Shown here: one piece after another, positions 28,981-38,578 of the stretch
Layout of the letters: every line of letters starts with the position of its first letter
Position numbering within the stretch: the first letter of the stretch is position 1
Origin: Mycolicibacterium sp.
GTDB lineage: Bacteria; Actinomycetota; Actinomycetes; Mycobacteriales; Mycobacteriaceae
Reading direction: 5' to 3' (one strand)
NCBI RefSeq assembly: GCF_050250295.1
Contig: NZ_JBFWOX010000012.1
DNA length: 64,000 bases
The notes under the pieces: generated by a model
What the model saw: the letters and a program-made list of their open reading frames with translations, nothing else
What the model was told of the DNA's origin: nothing
Databases searched by the model: none
Position numbers and translations under genes: made by a program

Positions 28981-30156
28981 ATGCCAACACCCGTCATCGT
29001 CGGTGCTGCCAGGACGGCCATCGGCCGCTCGTTCAAGGGCGCCCTGGTCAACACCCCACCCGAGACGCTGATCACCGCGGTGCTGCCGGAGATCATCCGG
29101 CGCTCCGGTGTCGACCCCGCGGACGTCGACGACCTGATTTTCGCCGAATCCCATTACGGCGGCGGTGATCTCGCGCGTTATGCGGCCGATGCGACGGGGC
29201 TGGCGCACGTGCCGGGGCAGTCGGTGAACCGGCACTGCGCGGGCAGTCTGACCGCGATCGGCAATGCGTCGGCGCAGATCGGCTCCGGGATGGAGCGCGT
29301 GCTGATCGCCGGTGGCGTGCAGTCGCTGTCGATGACGCCGCTGGTCAACTGGCGCATCCCAGGTCCGGAGCTGAAGTTCGAGGAGCGCTGGATGCCGCCC
29401 ACGCACGTGGAGACGCCCGACGCGCCGACCCGCGACATGTCGATCACCGTCGGCTGGAACACCGCGCAGGCCGCGGGCATCACCCGCGAGGAGATGGACG
29501 CCTGGGCCGCGCGCTCACACCAGCGCGCCGTCGCCGCCATCGACGCCGGCAAGTTCGTCGACGAGATCGTCCCGCTCAAGGTCGAACAGTTCGATGGCAC
29601 GGTGGTCGACTTCAGCGTCGACGAACACCCCCGCCGCGACACCACCGTCGAGAAGCTCGCGGCGCTCAAGGTGCTGCACCCCGAGATCGAGGGCTTCTCG
29701 ATCACCGCGGGCAACAGCAGCGGCACCAACGACGCGGCGGCCGGCGTCGCCGTCGTCGAGGCCGGCTACGCCGCCGCCAACAACCTCGACGTGATGGCCA
29801 CCGTGCGGGCCTGGGGTGCGGTGGGGGTGGCCCCACGCGACACCGGGCTGGGCGGGGTGAAGGTCATCGGCAAGGTCCTCGACCGTGCCGGGCTGGACCC
29901 GTCGGACGTGACGCTCTGGGAGATCAACGAGGCCTTCGCGTCCGTGCCGATCGCGGCGGTGCGCGAGTACGGCCTCGACGAGCAGCGGGTGAACTTCTCC
30001 GGAAGCGGTTGCAGCCTCGGCCATCCCATCGCGGCCTCGGGTGCGCGGATGGTCACCACGCTGGTCTACGAGCTGCGCCGTCGCGGCGGCGGCATCGGGG
30101 TCGCCGCGATGTGCGCCGGCGGCGGCCAGGGCGGCGCGGTCGTCGTCGAGGTCTGA
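28981..30156 (+). CDS. Acetyl-CoA C-acyltransferase (thiolase)
   Basis: Motifs VIVGAARTAIGRSFKG, NRHCAGSL, GCSLGHPIAASG, CAGGGQG. Confidence 0.9.
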   Translation: MPTPVIVGAARTAIGRSFKGALVNTPPETLITAVLPEIIRRSGVDPADVDDLIFAESHYGGGDLARYAADATGLAHVPGQSVNRHCAGSLTAIGNASAQIGSGMERVLIAGGVQSLSMTPLVNWRIPGPELKFEERWMPPTHVETPDAPTRDMSITVGWNTAQAAGITREEMDAWAARSHQRAVAAIDAGKFVDEIVPLKVEQFDGTVVDFSVDEHPRRDTTVEKLAALKVLHPEIEGFSITAGNSSGTNDAAAGVAVVEAGYAAANNLDVMATVRAWGAVGVAPRDTGLGGVKVIGKVLDRAGLDPSDVTLWEINEAFASVPIAAVREYGLDEQRVNFSGSGCSLGHPIAASGARMVTTLVYELRRRGGGIGVAAMCAGGGQGGAVVVEV

Positions 30157-30179
30157 CCCGACCGCTACCACGCACCCTT

Positions 30180-30242
30180 CGCCGAAATTGCATTCCAGCA
30201 GGAAAAGTTCGAGTGGCGCCCTGCTGGAATGCAATTTCGGCG
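30180..30242 (-). repeat. 63-bp REP-like palindromic element, copy 1 (loop inverted relative to copies 2-4)
   Basis: Arms are CGCCGAAATTGCATTCCAGCAG and CTGCTGGAATGCAATTTCGGCG. The 19-nt loop is GAAAAGTTCGAGTGGCGCC. It lies between the convergent thiolase and TetR genes. Confidence 0.95.
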
Positions 30243-30257
30243 AAATGGGGGGACCTG

Positions 30258-31004
30258 TCAGCGTTTGCGCGCGGTGCTCTTGGTGGCCTTGCGGGCGGGT
30301 TTGGCGCTCGTCCCGATGAGCCGTTCGGCGTGACCGAGGATGCACTGCAGGCCGAACTCGAAGTTGCGGTCGTCCGGCGCGCTCAGGTGGTGGCCCTCCC
30401 GGGTGACCGCGGCCAGCAGCGGCGCGCTCTGCGGATCGAACGCCATCGTCTCGTCGATGTCGCCGTGGGCGTCCTCGCCGGCCAGGTTCTTGTCCCGCAG
30501 CCGCTGCAGCACCACCGAACCACGCACGTGCACCGAGATCGCCGAGTAGGTGTCGAAGGCGTCGTCGGGTGAGAGACCCGCCTCGACCAGGCTGCCGATC
30601 GCCTTCTCCACCTCCTGCGCGCCCACTTTCGCCGCGCGCGGGCTCAGCGCCGAGCGGATCAGGATCAGGTCGGCCAGGATCGGGTTGCCCAGGAAGGTCT
30701 CTCGCATCGAGCGGGCGTGATTGGCCAACGTCTCGCGCCAGTCCTTGGCCTCGACGTAGGGCGTGGCGAAGGCGTACTGACTCAACGCGCGGTCGGTCAT
30801 CGCGTTGAGCAGGTCGTCCTTCTTGCGGAAATACCAGTAGATGCTCGTGACGCCGACACCGAGGTGCTTGCCCAGCAGCGGCATGCTCAGGTTGTCGATG
30901 CCGACCTGCTCGGCCAGTTCGAAGGCGCCCTTGATGATGTCGTCGGGGTTGATGGATCCGCGTTCGCGCCGTGGCCGCTTCTGCGCGGCCGCCTGCTTCG
31001 CCAC
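30258..31004 (-). CDS. TetR/AcrR-family transcriptional regulator
   Basis: GTG start. HTH motif LSMPLLGKHLGVGVTSIYWYFRKKDDLL. Lys/Arg-rich C-terminal tail. Confidence 0.9.
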   Translation of the reverse strand: MAKQAAAQKRPRRERGSINPDDIIKGAFELAEQVGIDNLSMPLLGKHLGVGVTSIYWYFRKKDDLLNAMTDRALSQYAFATPYVEAKDWRETLANHARSMRETFLGNPILADLILIRSALSPRAAKVGAQEVEKAIGSLVEAGLSPDDAFDTYSAISVHVRGSVVLQRLRDKNLAGEDAHGDIDETMAFDPQSAPLLAAVTREGHHLSAPDDRNFEFGLQCILGHAERLIGTSAKPARKATKSTARKR

Positions 31005-31247
31005 TGTCGGGCACCTCCATCGTCTCGATGCTGCGTGAGCAGCCGCCGAAGCGGCATAGTAGTCCTGCGTCCGGCGACAGCGGCCACGCTGGCCTGCAGC
31101 TTTGCCGCCGCGTCGCGGTGTCCCCGCGTCCGCGACCTTACCGTCGGGGTGCGGACCGGCCGCTGCGGTCAGCGTTCCGCCCTTTTACCGTAAGTCCTAT
31201 AGTAAGTTTTTCCGGCATCGGCGACATCGGAAGGTGAAGGGCGACAG

Positions 31248-32009
31248 GTGGCAGACGAGGTTCTACTGGAACGCCGAGACCGGGTGCTGATCATCACGAT
31301 CAACCGTCCGGAGGCGCGCAACGCGTTCAACCTCGCGGTGGCGCGGGGGCTGGCCGACGCCATGGACGAACTCGACGACACCCCCGAGCTGTCGGTGGCG
31401 ATCATCACCGGGGCCGGCGGTAACTTCTGCGCGGGCATGGATCTCAAGGCGTTCATGGCCGGCGAGGTGCCCGCCATAGAGGGTCGCGGCATCGGCTTCA
31501 CCGAACGGCCCCCGCGCAAACCGGTCATCGCTGCGGTGGAGGGTTACGCGCTCGCCGGTGGCACCGAGATCGTGTTGGCCACCGACCTGATCGTGGCGGC
31601 CAGGAACGCGAAGTTCGGCATCCCCGAGGTGAAGCGGGGGCTGGTGGCCGCCGGCGGCGGACTGCTGCGGCTGCAGAAGCGGATTCCCTACCAGAAGGCG
31701 CTCGAGCTCGCGCTCACCGGCGACAGCTTCACTGCCGAGGAGGCATCGGCGTGGGGCTTCGTCAACGTGCTGACCGAACCCGGCGAGGCGCTGGACGGCG
31801 CGCTGGCGCTGGCCGAACGCATCACCGCCAACGGGCCGCTCGCGGTGGCCGCCACCAAGGAGGTCATCGTCAAGTCGGCAGACTGGACCGAGGCCGAGAT
31901 GTGGAAGAAGCAGGGCGAGATCGTCTTCCCGGTCTTCTCGTCCAAGGATGCCAGGGAGGGCGCGACGGCGTTCGCCGAGAAACGCAAGCCGAACTGGACG
32001 GGGTCCTGA
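31248..32009 (+). CDS. Enoyl-CoA hydratase
   Basis: GTG start. Motifs ITINRPEARNAF, FCAGMDLK, GYALAGGTEIVLATD. Confidence 0.9.
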   Translation: MADEVLLERRDRVLIITINRPEARNAFNLAVARGLADAMDELDDTPELSVAIITGAGGNFCAGMDLKAFMAGEVPAIEGRGIGFTERPPRKPVIAAVEGYALAGGTEIVLATDLIVAARNAKFGIPEVKRGLVAAGGGLLRLQKRIPYQKALELALTGDSFTAEEASAWGFVNVLTEPGEALDGALALAERITANGPLAVAATKEVIVKSADWTEAEMWKKQGEIVFPVFSSKDAREGATAFAEKRKPNWTGS

Positions 32010-32028
32010 CCGGCCCACGCACCGCCGA

Positions 32029-32826
32029 ATGGACCTGGGCCTGCGGGACGCCACCGCCGTCGTCGTCGGCGGCGGCAGGGGCATGGGCCTGGCCGCCGCG
32101 CATTGCTTCGCCGACGATGGGGCGCGCGTCGCGCTGATCGGCCGGTCCCGCGAGGTGCTCGACGCCGCCGCTGCCCAACTGCGGCAGCGGGGCAGCCCGG
32201 ACGCCGTCGGCGTGGTCGCCGACATTGCCGATGAGGCGGCCGTCGAGCGGGCCTTCGCCGCGGTGGCCCGGCGGTGGAACGGTGAGCTGAACATCCTCGT
32301 CAACGCCGTCGGCCCGGCGGTGCGGGGCAGTTTCGACGACCTGTCCGACGCCGACTGGACCCGGGCCGTCGACGAGGGCGCGATGGGCATGGTGCGCTCC
32401 GTGCGGGCCGCGCTGCCGCTGCTGCGGGCCGCGGAATGGGCGCGCATCGTGAACTTCTCCGCCCACTCGACCCAGCGCCAGAGCGTCATCCTGCCGGCCT
32501 ACACCGCGGCCAAGGCGATGGTCACCAGCATCTCGAAGAACCTGTCGCTGCTGCTGGCCCGCGATGAGATCCTGGTCAATGTGGTGTCACCGGGCAGCAT
32601 CGCCTCCGAGGCGCTGGTGGGCTGGGCCGAGTCGGTGGGTATCGACGGTTCCGATCCGTACGCGTTGATGTCGGCGATCGACGAGCATTTCGGCCATCCC
32701 GCGCACCTGCCGCGCGCGGGTCTGCCGGCCGAGATCGGCCCCGTGGTGGCGTTCCTGGCGTCCCGGCGCAACTCCTACATGACGGGCGCGAACGTCAACG
32801 TCGACGGCGGCAGTGACTTCACCTGA
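32029..32826 (+). CDS. SDR-family oxidoreductase
   Basis: ATG 32029 lies within ORF 31948..32826. Motifs VVVGGGRGMGLAAA, YTAAKAM. Confidence 0.8.
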   Translation: MDLGLRDATAVVVGGGRGMGLAAAHCFADDGARVALIGRSREVLDAAAAQLRQRGSPDAVGVVADIADEAAVERAFAAVARRWNGELNILVNAVGPAVRGSFDDLSDADWTRAVDEGAMGMVRSVRAALPLLRAAEWARIVNFSAHSTQRQSVILPAYTAAKAMVTSISKNLSLLLARDEILVNVVSPGSIASEALVGWAESVGIDGSDPYALMSAIDEHFGHPAHLPRAGLPAEIGPVVAFLASRRNSYMTGANVNVDGGSDFT

Positions 32827-32988
32827 CGGAACCGCGGTTCTGAGGATGGATATCGGTGTAGTGCAACGACTTTCGCCATCGGTGTGCCGGCCCGACCCGG
32901 GCCGGCGTACCACCAGGACGAGCACCTGCCCGAGCCATTACCGATAGGTGTACAGTATGGGCATCTATCAGGCGGAGGAGGTCTGTCG

Positions 32989-33816
32989 GTGGGTGCTGTC
33001 GATCGGGCCGCGGAGCCGGTCCTGTTCGATCTGCGCGACAGCGGCGTCGCGGTGCTGACGCTGAACCGTCCGGAGCGGATGAACGCCTGGGGTGGCGGTC
33101 TGGCCCACGCCTTCTACCGCTGCATCGACCGTGCCGAGGCCGACCCCGCCGTCCGGGTCATTGTGCTCACCGGCAACGGCCGGGCGTTCTGCGCCGGCGC
33201 CGACATGGGCGACTTGGACACGATCGGCGAAGCCACGGAATCCAGCGACACCGACGTCACCCAGCTCGTCGGGGAACGGCACCCGCACTTCGTCACCGAA
33301 CTGCGCACGCCGCTGATCGCGGCCATCAACGGGGCGTGCGCCGGGATCGGGCTGACGCAGGCGCTGATGTGCGACGTCCGCTTCGCCGCCGCCGGCGCGA
33401 AGTTCACCACCGCGTTCGCCCGCCGCGGTCTGATCGCCGAGTACGGCATCTCTTGGATCCTGCCGCGGATCGTCGGGTGGGGCGCCGCGCAGGACCTGCT
33501 GCTGTCCGGACGTACCTTCTCCGCCGAGGAGGCCAAGGCGCTCGGCCTGGTCAAGGACGTCGTCGCGGCCGAACACCTGATGACGCACACGCTGGCCTAC
33601 GCCGAGGACCTGGCCCGCAACTGCGCCCCCAGCTCCCTGGCGGTGATCAAGAGCCAGCTCTACCGGGACGCGTCGCGAAACCTGCACGACGCCAGTGCCG
33701 ATGCGGAGAAACTGATGCACGAGTCGATGCTGCGCCCTGACTTCATCGAGGGCATCACCGCCTTCTTCGAGAAGAGACCGCCGAATTTCCCGCCGCTGAA
33801 GGAGGACACGCCGTGA
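32989..33816 (+). CDS. Enoyl-CoA hydratase/isomerase family
   Basis: GTG 32989 is preceded by GGAGGAGG. Motifs LTLNRPERMNAW, FCAGADMG, GACAGIGLTQALMCD. Confidence 0.85.
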   Translation: MGAVDRAAEPVLFDLRDSGVAVLTLNRPERMNAWGGGLAHAFYRCIDRAEADPAVRVIVLTGNGRAFCAGADMGDLDTIGEATESSDTDVTQLVGERHPHFVTELRTPLIAAINGACAGIGLTQALMCDVRFAAAGAKFTTAFARRGLIAEYGISWILPRIVGWGAAQDLLLSGRTFSAEEAKALGLVKDVVAAEHLMTHTLAYAEDLARNCAPSSLAVIKSQLYRDASRNLHDASADAEKLMHESMLRPDFIEGITAFFEKRPPNFPPLKEDTP

Positions 33817-35051
33817 CAGCGGACCAGCCCCTGGACTACCAGGCGATCGACGTGGACAACCACTACTACGAACCGCTCGACGCGTTCACCCGGCACCTGC
33901 CCAAGGAGTTCCGCAGCCGCGGGGTGCAGATGCTCACCGACGGCAAGCGCACCTACGCCGTGTTCGGCGGTGTGGTCAACCACTTCATCCCGAACCCCGC
34001 GTTCGACCCGATCATCGAACCCGGTTGCCTGGACCTGTTGTTCCGCGGGGAGATCCCCGACGGTGTGGACCCGGCGTCGCTGATGAAGGTCGACCGGCTG
34101 GCCGATCACCCCGAGTACCAGAACCGCGACGCCCGGGTGGCCATCCTCGACAAGCAGAACCTCGAAACCGTGTTCATGCTCCCGACATTCGCCTGCGGCG
34201 TGGAGGAAGGCCTCAAGCGCGACATCGAGGCCACCATGGTGTCGCTGCACGCGTTCAACCTGTGGCTCGACGAGGACTGGGGATTCAACCGGTCCGACGG
34301 CCGGATCCTGGCCGCGCCGATCATCTCGCTGGCCGATCCCGAAAAGGCCGTGGACGAAGTCGAATTCGTGCTGGACCGGGGCGCCAGGATCGTCTGCGTG
34401 CGGCCCGCGCCGGTACCCGGGGCGGTCAAGCCGCGTTCCCTCGGCGACCCGGCGCACGACCCGGTGTGGGCACGGCTGGCCGAGGCCGGGGTGCCGGTGG
34501 TGTTCCACCTCTCCGACTCCGGCTACATGGCGGTCCCGGCGCTGTGGGGCGGCAGCGGCGTGTTCCGCGGTTTCGGCAAGCGTGACCCGCTCGACATGGT
34601 GCTCATGGACGACCGCGCGATCCACGACACCCTGGCCTCGATGATCGTGCACCAGGTGTTCACCCGGCATCCGGACCTGAAGGTGGCCAGCATCGAGAAC
34701 GGCTCCTACTTCGTCCACCGGTTGATCAAGCGGCTGAAGAAATCCGCCAACACCGCGCCCTACCACTACAAGGAAGACCCGGTCGAGCAGCTCAAGAACA
34801 ACGTCTGGATAGCGCCGTACTACGAGGACGACGTCAAGCTGCTCGCCGACACCATCGGGGTGGACAAGATCCTGTTCGGCTCGGACTGGCCGCACGGTGA
34901 AGGCCTGGCCGACCCGATGGCGTTCACCGCCGACATCCCGCAGTTCCCCGAGTTCAGCGCCGAGGACACCCGAAAGGTCATGCGCGACAACGCCCTCACC
35001 CTCGTAGGCAGCTCCATGGCTTCTGTTCCCCTTCGCAGCGGTGGGGCCTGA
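33813..35051 (+). CDS. Amidohydrolase_2 (ACMSD/metal-dependent hydrolase) family protein
   Basis: GTGA overlap with the echA stop. IDVDNHYYEP near the N-terminus and FGSDWPHGEG near the C-terminus. Confidence 0.75.
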   Translation: MTADQPLDYQAIDVDNHYYEPLDAFTRHLPKEFRSRGVQMLTDGKRTYAVFGGVVNHFIPNPAFDPIIEPGCLDLLFRGEIPDGVDPASLMKVDRLADHPEYQNRDARVAILDKQNLETVFMLPTFACGVEEGLKRDIEATMVSLHAFNLWLDEDWGFNRSDGRILAAPIISLADPEKAVDEVEFVLDRGARIVCVRPAPVPGAVKPRSLGDPAHDPVWARLAEAGVPVVFHLSDSGYMAVPALWGGSGVFRGFGKRDPLDMVLMDDRAIHDTLASMIVHQVFTRHPDLKVASIENGSYFVHRLIKRLKKSANTAPYHYKEDPVEQLKNNVWIAPYYEDDVKLLADTIGVDKILFGSDWPHGEGLADPMAFTADIPQFPEFSAEDTRKVMRDNALTLVGSSMASVPLRSGGA

Positions 35052-35053
35052 CG

Positions 35054-36667
35054 GTGCCGGAGTGGACCATCGGCGGTGTCGTCGACGCCATCGCCGACGC
35101 GGTACCGGACCGGCTGATGACGGTCTGCGGAGCGCGCAGGAGCACCTACGCCCAGACCGCGGAGCGCACCCGCCGGCTGGCGAACTTCCTGAGCGCCAGC
35201 GGTATCGGTGCCCACCGGGAGCGCGACGGTCTGCACGGCTGGCAGTGCGGGCAGGATCGGGTCGCGCTGATCATGCACAACGACCTGTACCCGGACATGG
35301 TGATCGGCGCGCTGAAGGCCCGCGCGGTGCCGGTCAACGTGAACTACCACTACACCCCGAGAGAAGTCGACGAACTGCTGGCCTATCTGCGGCCGCGGGC
35401 GGTCATCGCGCACCGGTCGCTGGGTGCGAAGTTCGCCGACGTCCTGCCCGGTGCCGGGGTGGACCTGATGATCTCCATCGACGACGGCGGCGGCGCGCCC
35501 GAGCCCAGCGGTGCGGTGTCCCTGGACGACGCGCTGGCCGCCGGCGGCGTCGACCGACCGATCGCGCCGTCACCCGACGACGTGATGATGATCTGCACCG
35601 GCGGCACCACCGGCCGGCCCAAGGGCGTGATGTGGCGGCAATCCGACACCTACGTCGTCTCGATGAACGGGGCCGACCACGAGTCGGTCGACGAGATCGA
35701 CGCCAAGGTGGCGCACGCCGGTCCGCCGTGGTTCGCGGTGTCCCCGCTGATGCACGCCGCCGGGATGTGGACGGCCTTCGCGGCGCTGCTGAGCGGGCAG
35801 ACCGTGATCCTCTACGACAGGCCGACGCTGGACGCGGCGGCGGTGCTCGAGACCGCCGAACGCGAGCAGGTCGGGCTGATGACGATGGTCGGCGACGCGT
35901 ACGCCGCGCCGCTGATCGCCGAACTGCGCCGCCGCCCTTACGATCTGTCGTCGCTGTTCGCCATCGGGACCGGCGGGGCGGCCACCAATCAGCGCCACCA
36001 GGACACGTTGCTCGAACTGCTCCCGAACATCACGCTGATCAACGGCTACGGGTCCTCGGAGACCGGGAACATGGCGTTCGGGCGCAGCGTGCGCGACGAC
36101 CGCAAGGAGACCTTCGAGCGGCGGGACGGGGTGGTGGTGCTGTCCGAGGACCGCAGCCGGTTACTGCGGCCGGGCGAGCGTGAGGTCGGCTGGGTGGCGC
36201 GCGAAGGGCGGATACCGTTGGGCTACTTCGACGATGCCGAGGCCACCCGCGGCACCTTCCCCGAGGTCGAGGGCCGTCGCGTGGTGATCTCCGGGGACCG
36301 GGCGGCCCTGGAGGCCGACGGCACGCTGCGGCTGTACGGGCGGGATTCGCTGGTGGTCAACACCGGTGGGGAGAAGGTGTTCGTGGAGGAGGTCGAGGAG
36401 GTGCTGCGCGCACAGGGCGGCGTCGCCGATGCGCTGGTGGTCGGGCGCGACAGCGACCGCTGGGGGCAGGAACTCGTCGCGCTGATCGAACCGCAGCCGG
36501 GTGTCGACGTCGACCCCGATGCGCTGCGGCTCGCCTGCACGACCGCGCTGGCCGGGTTCAAGGCCCCCAAGGAGTTCGTCGTGGTCGACAGGGTGCGCCG
36601 CCTGGGCAACGGCAAGGCGGACTACCGCTGGGCCAAGGGCCGGGTGGCCGTGGTGGGGCAGCCATGA
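35054..36667 (+). CDS. Acyl-CoA synthetase (FadD-like AMP-binding enzyme)
   Basis: Motifs MICTGGTTGRPKGVMW, NGYGSSETG, VVNTGGEKVF, GNGKADYRWAK. Confidence 0.9.
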   Translation: MPEWTIGGVVDAIADAVPDRLMTVCGARRSTYAQTAERTRRLANFLSASGIGAHRERDGLHGWQCGQDRVALIMHNDLYPDMVIGALKARAVPVNVNYHYTPREVDELLAYLRPRAVIAHRSLGAKFADVLPGAGVDLMISIDDGGGAPEPSGAVSLDDALAAGGVDRPIAPSPDDVMMICTGGTTGRPKGVMWRQSDTYVVSMNGADHESVDEIDAKVAHAGPPWFAVSPLMHAAGMWTAFAALLSGQTVILYDRPTLDAAAVLETAEREQVGLMTMVGDAYAAPLIAELRRRPYDLSSLFAIGTGGAATNQRHQDTLLELLPNITLINGYGSSETGNMAFGRSVRDDRKETFERRDGVVVLSEDRSRLLRPGEREVGWVAREGRIPLGYFDDAEATRGTFPEVEGRRVVISGDRAALEADGTLRLYGRDSLVVNTGGEKVFVEEVEEVLRAQGGVADALVVGRDSDRWGQELVALIEPQPGVDVDPDALRLACTTALAGFKAPKEFVVVDRVRRLGNGKADYRWAKGRVAVVGQP

Positions 36668-36692
36668 CCCAGAATGTGAGCATGGGGCAGCC

Positions 36693-37532
36693 ATGACCCA
36701 CCGCGTCATCGATTGCCTGGTCAATGTCCACTTCGGTGAGACCGCCAGCCAACCCGACTACATGCTCAAGGTCCGCGACGACTACTTCAAGGGTCCGCAG
36801 TCGCTCTACGACCAGGTCGAACTGCCGGCGCTGCTCGACGAGATGGCCGAGCACGGTGTCGAGAAGGCCATCCTGATGGACAACCTGGCCAAGCCGTCGG
36901 TTACCGCACGCAAGTTCGTCGACGAGCGTCCGGACAAGTTCGCGCTGGCGGTCGGCGGGATCGACCTGCTGCGCCCGATACCGTCGCTGCGCGAGCTGTC
37001 GTCCATGGTCGCCGATCTGCCCATCGCGTATGCCGTTGTCGGGCCGAGTTTCTGGGGCGACGGGGCGTACCCGCCCAGCGACGCCGTCTACTACCCGCTC
37101 TACACCAAGTGTGCCGAGCTCGGGCTGCCGCTGTGCATCAACACCGGACTGCCCGGCCCGCCGATCCCCGGCGAGGTGCAGAACCCGATCCACCTCGACC
37201 GGGTGTGCGTGCGCTTCCCCGAGTTGAAGCTGTGCATGATCCACGGCGCCGACCCGTGGTGGGAGCTGGCGATCCGGCTGCTGATCAAGTACGCCAACCT
37301 GCGGATCATGACCTCGGCGTGGTCGCCGAAACGGCTGCCGGAGAGCCTGCTGCATTTCATGCGCACCCGCGGCGCGAACAAGGTGATCTTCGCCTCCGAC
37401 TGGCCGGTGCTGCGGCAGAGCCGCGTCGTGCCCGAGGCGCTGGCGCTGGAGCTGCCGCCCGAGGTGCTCGACAAGTACCTGTACCACAACGCCGACACGT
37501 TCTTCTTCAGCCGCGCAGAACAGGAGACCTGA
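36693..37532 (+). CDS. Amidohydrolase_2 family protein
   Basis: ATG 36693 lies within ORF 36501..37532. Motifs MTHRVIDCLVNVHF, MIHGADPW, FASDWPV. Confidence 0.75.
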   Translation: MTHRVIDCLVNVHFGETASQPDYMLKVRDDYFKGPQSLYDQVELPALLDEMAEHGVEKAILMDNLAKPSVTARKFVDERPDKFALAVGGIDLLRPIPSLRELSSMVADLPIAYAVVGPSFWGDGAYPPSDAVYYPLYTKCAELGLPLCINTGLPGPPIPGEVQNPIHLDRVCVRFPELKLCMIHGADPWWELAIRLLIKYANLRIMTSAWSPKRLPESLLHFMRTRGANKVIFASDWPVLRQSRVVPEALALELPPEVLDKYLYHNADTFFFSRAEQET

Positions 37533-37534
37533 CC

Positions 37535-38575
37535 GTGGACCGGTACGAACTGCGCAGGCTCGACTACAGCCTGTCCGAGGACCATCAGGCGCTGCAAGCC
37601 GCCTACAAGGACTTCTTCGCTACCCACTGCAGCATCGAGACCGTGCGCGCGGCCGAGGGGTCCGGGGTCGACAAGAACCTCTGGGAACGGTTGTGCGCCA
37701 TGGGCGCGACGACGATGGCGGTACCGGAATCCGCCGGCGGGGACGGCGCCACCCTGGTCGACCTGACCCTGGTCGCCGAGGAACTCGGCCGGGCGCTGGC
37801 GCCGGTGCCGTGGATCGACCACGTCTGCGCGGCACGGCTGTTGGCCCGGTTCGGCGCCGCCGACGCCGACGTCGTCACCGGTACCCGGCTGGTGTCCCTG
37901 GATCCACAGCAGCACAACACATCCGGGATCCGGCTGATCCCGGCGGGCTCGGTGGCCGACCACATCGTCGTGCGCGAGGGGGACGAGGTGGTGCGGCTGA
38001 CGTTCTCGACGCGGCCGGCCGGGGTGGACAACATCGCCAAGCTGCCGATGGCGTGGGTGGACCCGGCGGGCGCGGATGCCCGCACGGTGCTCGCCGCCGG
38101 GCCCGACGCGCTCGCCGAATATCAACGCGCCCTGGACGAGTGGCGGCTGCTGACCGGTGCCGCGCTGGTCGGCCTGGTCGAGGCGACCATGACGATCGCG
38201 GCGGAGTTCGCCAAGACCCGCTACACCCTGGGTGTACCGATCGCCACGCTGCAGGCCATCTCCCATCCCCTGGCCAACATCGCGATCACCGTGTCGGCCG
38301 GTCGCAATCTGGCCCGCCGGGCGGCGTGGTTCCTCGACAACGAACCCGAGGAGCGCCGCGAGCTCGCGCCGTCGGTGTTCGTGTTCATGGCCGAGGAAGC
38401 GGCCAAGGCGGCCACCATGGCCGTCCACGTCCAGGGCGGTCTCGGGGTGTCGGCGGAGGCCGCCGCGACCGCCTACCTGGTGCGGGCCCGCGGCTGGCCG
38501 CTGGCCGGCGGTGATCCTGGCGTCGTCGCCGCCTATCTCGCCGGGATCGTCGCCGAACGCGAAGGACAGGACTGA
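37535..38575 (+). CDS. Acyl-CoA dehydrogenase-like protein, short partner subunit
   Basis: GTG 37535 follows CAGGAGA and lies 2 nt after the preceding stop. It has an ACAD-like fold (PESAGGDGATLVDL, FAKTRYTLGVPIATLQAISH) but no YEGT-type motif. Confidence 0.7.
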   Translation: MDRYELRRLDYSLSEDHQALQAAYKDFFATHCSIETVRAAEGSGVDKNLWERLCAMGATTMAVPESAGGDGATLVDLTLVAEELGRALAPVPWIDHVCAARLLARFGAADADVVTGTRLVSLDPQQHNTSGIRLIPAGSVADHIVVREGDEVVRLTFSTRPAGVDNIAKLPMAWVDPAGADARTVLAAGPDALAEYQRALDEWRLLTGAALVGLVEATMTIAAEFAKTRYTLGVPIATLQAISHPLANIAITVSAGRNLARRAAWFLDNEPEERRELAPSVFVFMAEEAAKAATMAVHVQGGLGVSAEAAATAYLVRARGWPLAGGDPGVVAAYLAGIVAEREGQD

Positions 38576-38578
38576 GCA

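Noticed and set aside
30041-30319. Short ORFs crossing the REP copies, giving peptides such as LECNFGE, MQFRRE and MHSSR (also 39557..39790, 44413..44643, 44597..45130).
   Set aside because: They arise in both orientations from the palindromic arms themselves. They are not consistent in frame or length between copies. They are repeat-derived, not coding.
32829-32840. GAACCGCGGTTC, which matches the core of the actinobacterial LexA (Cheo-type) box GAAC-N4-GTTC.
   Set aside because: Only the 8-bp core matches; the flanking TC/GA bases are absent. About one such hit is expected by chance in a window this size. No DNA-repair gene is adjacent.
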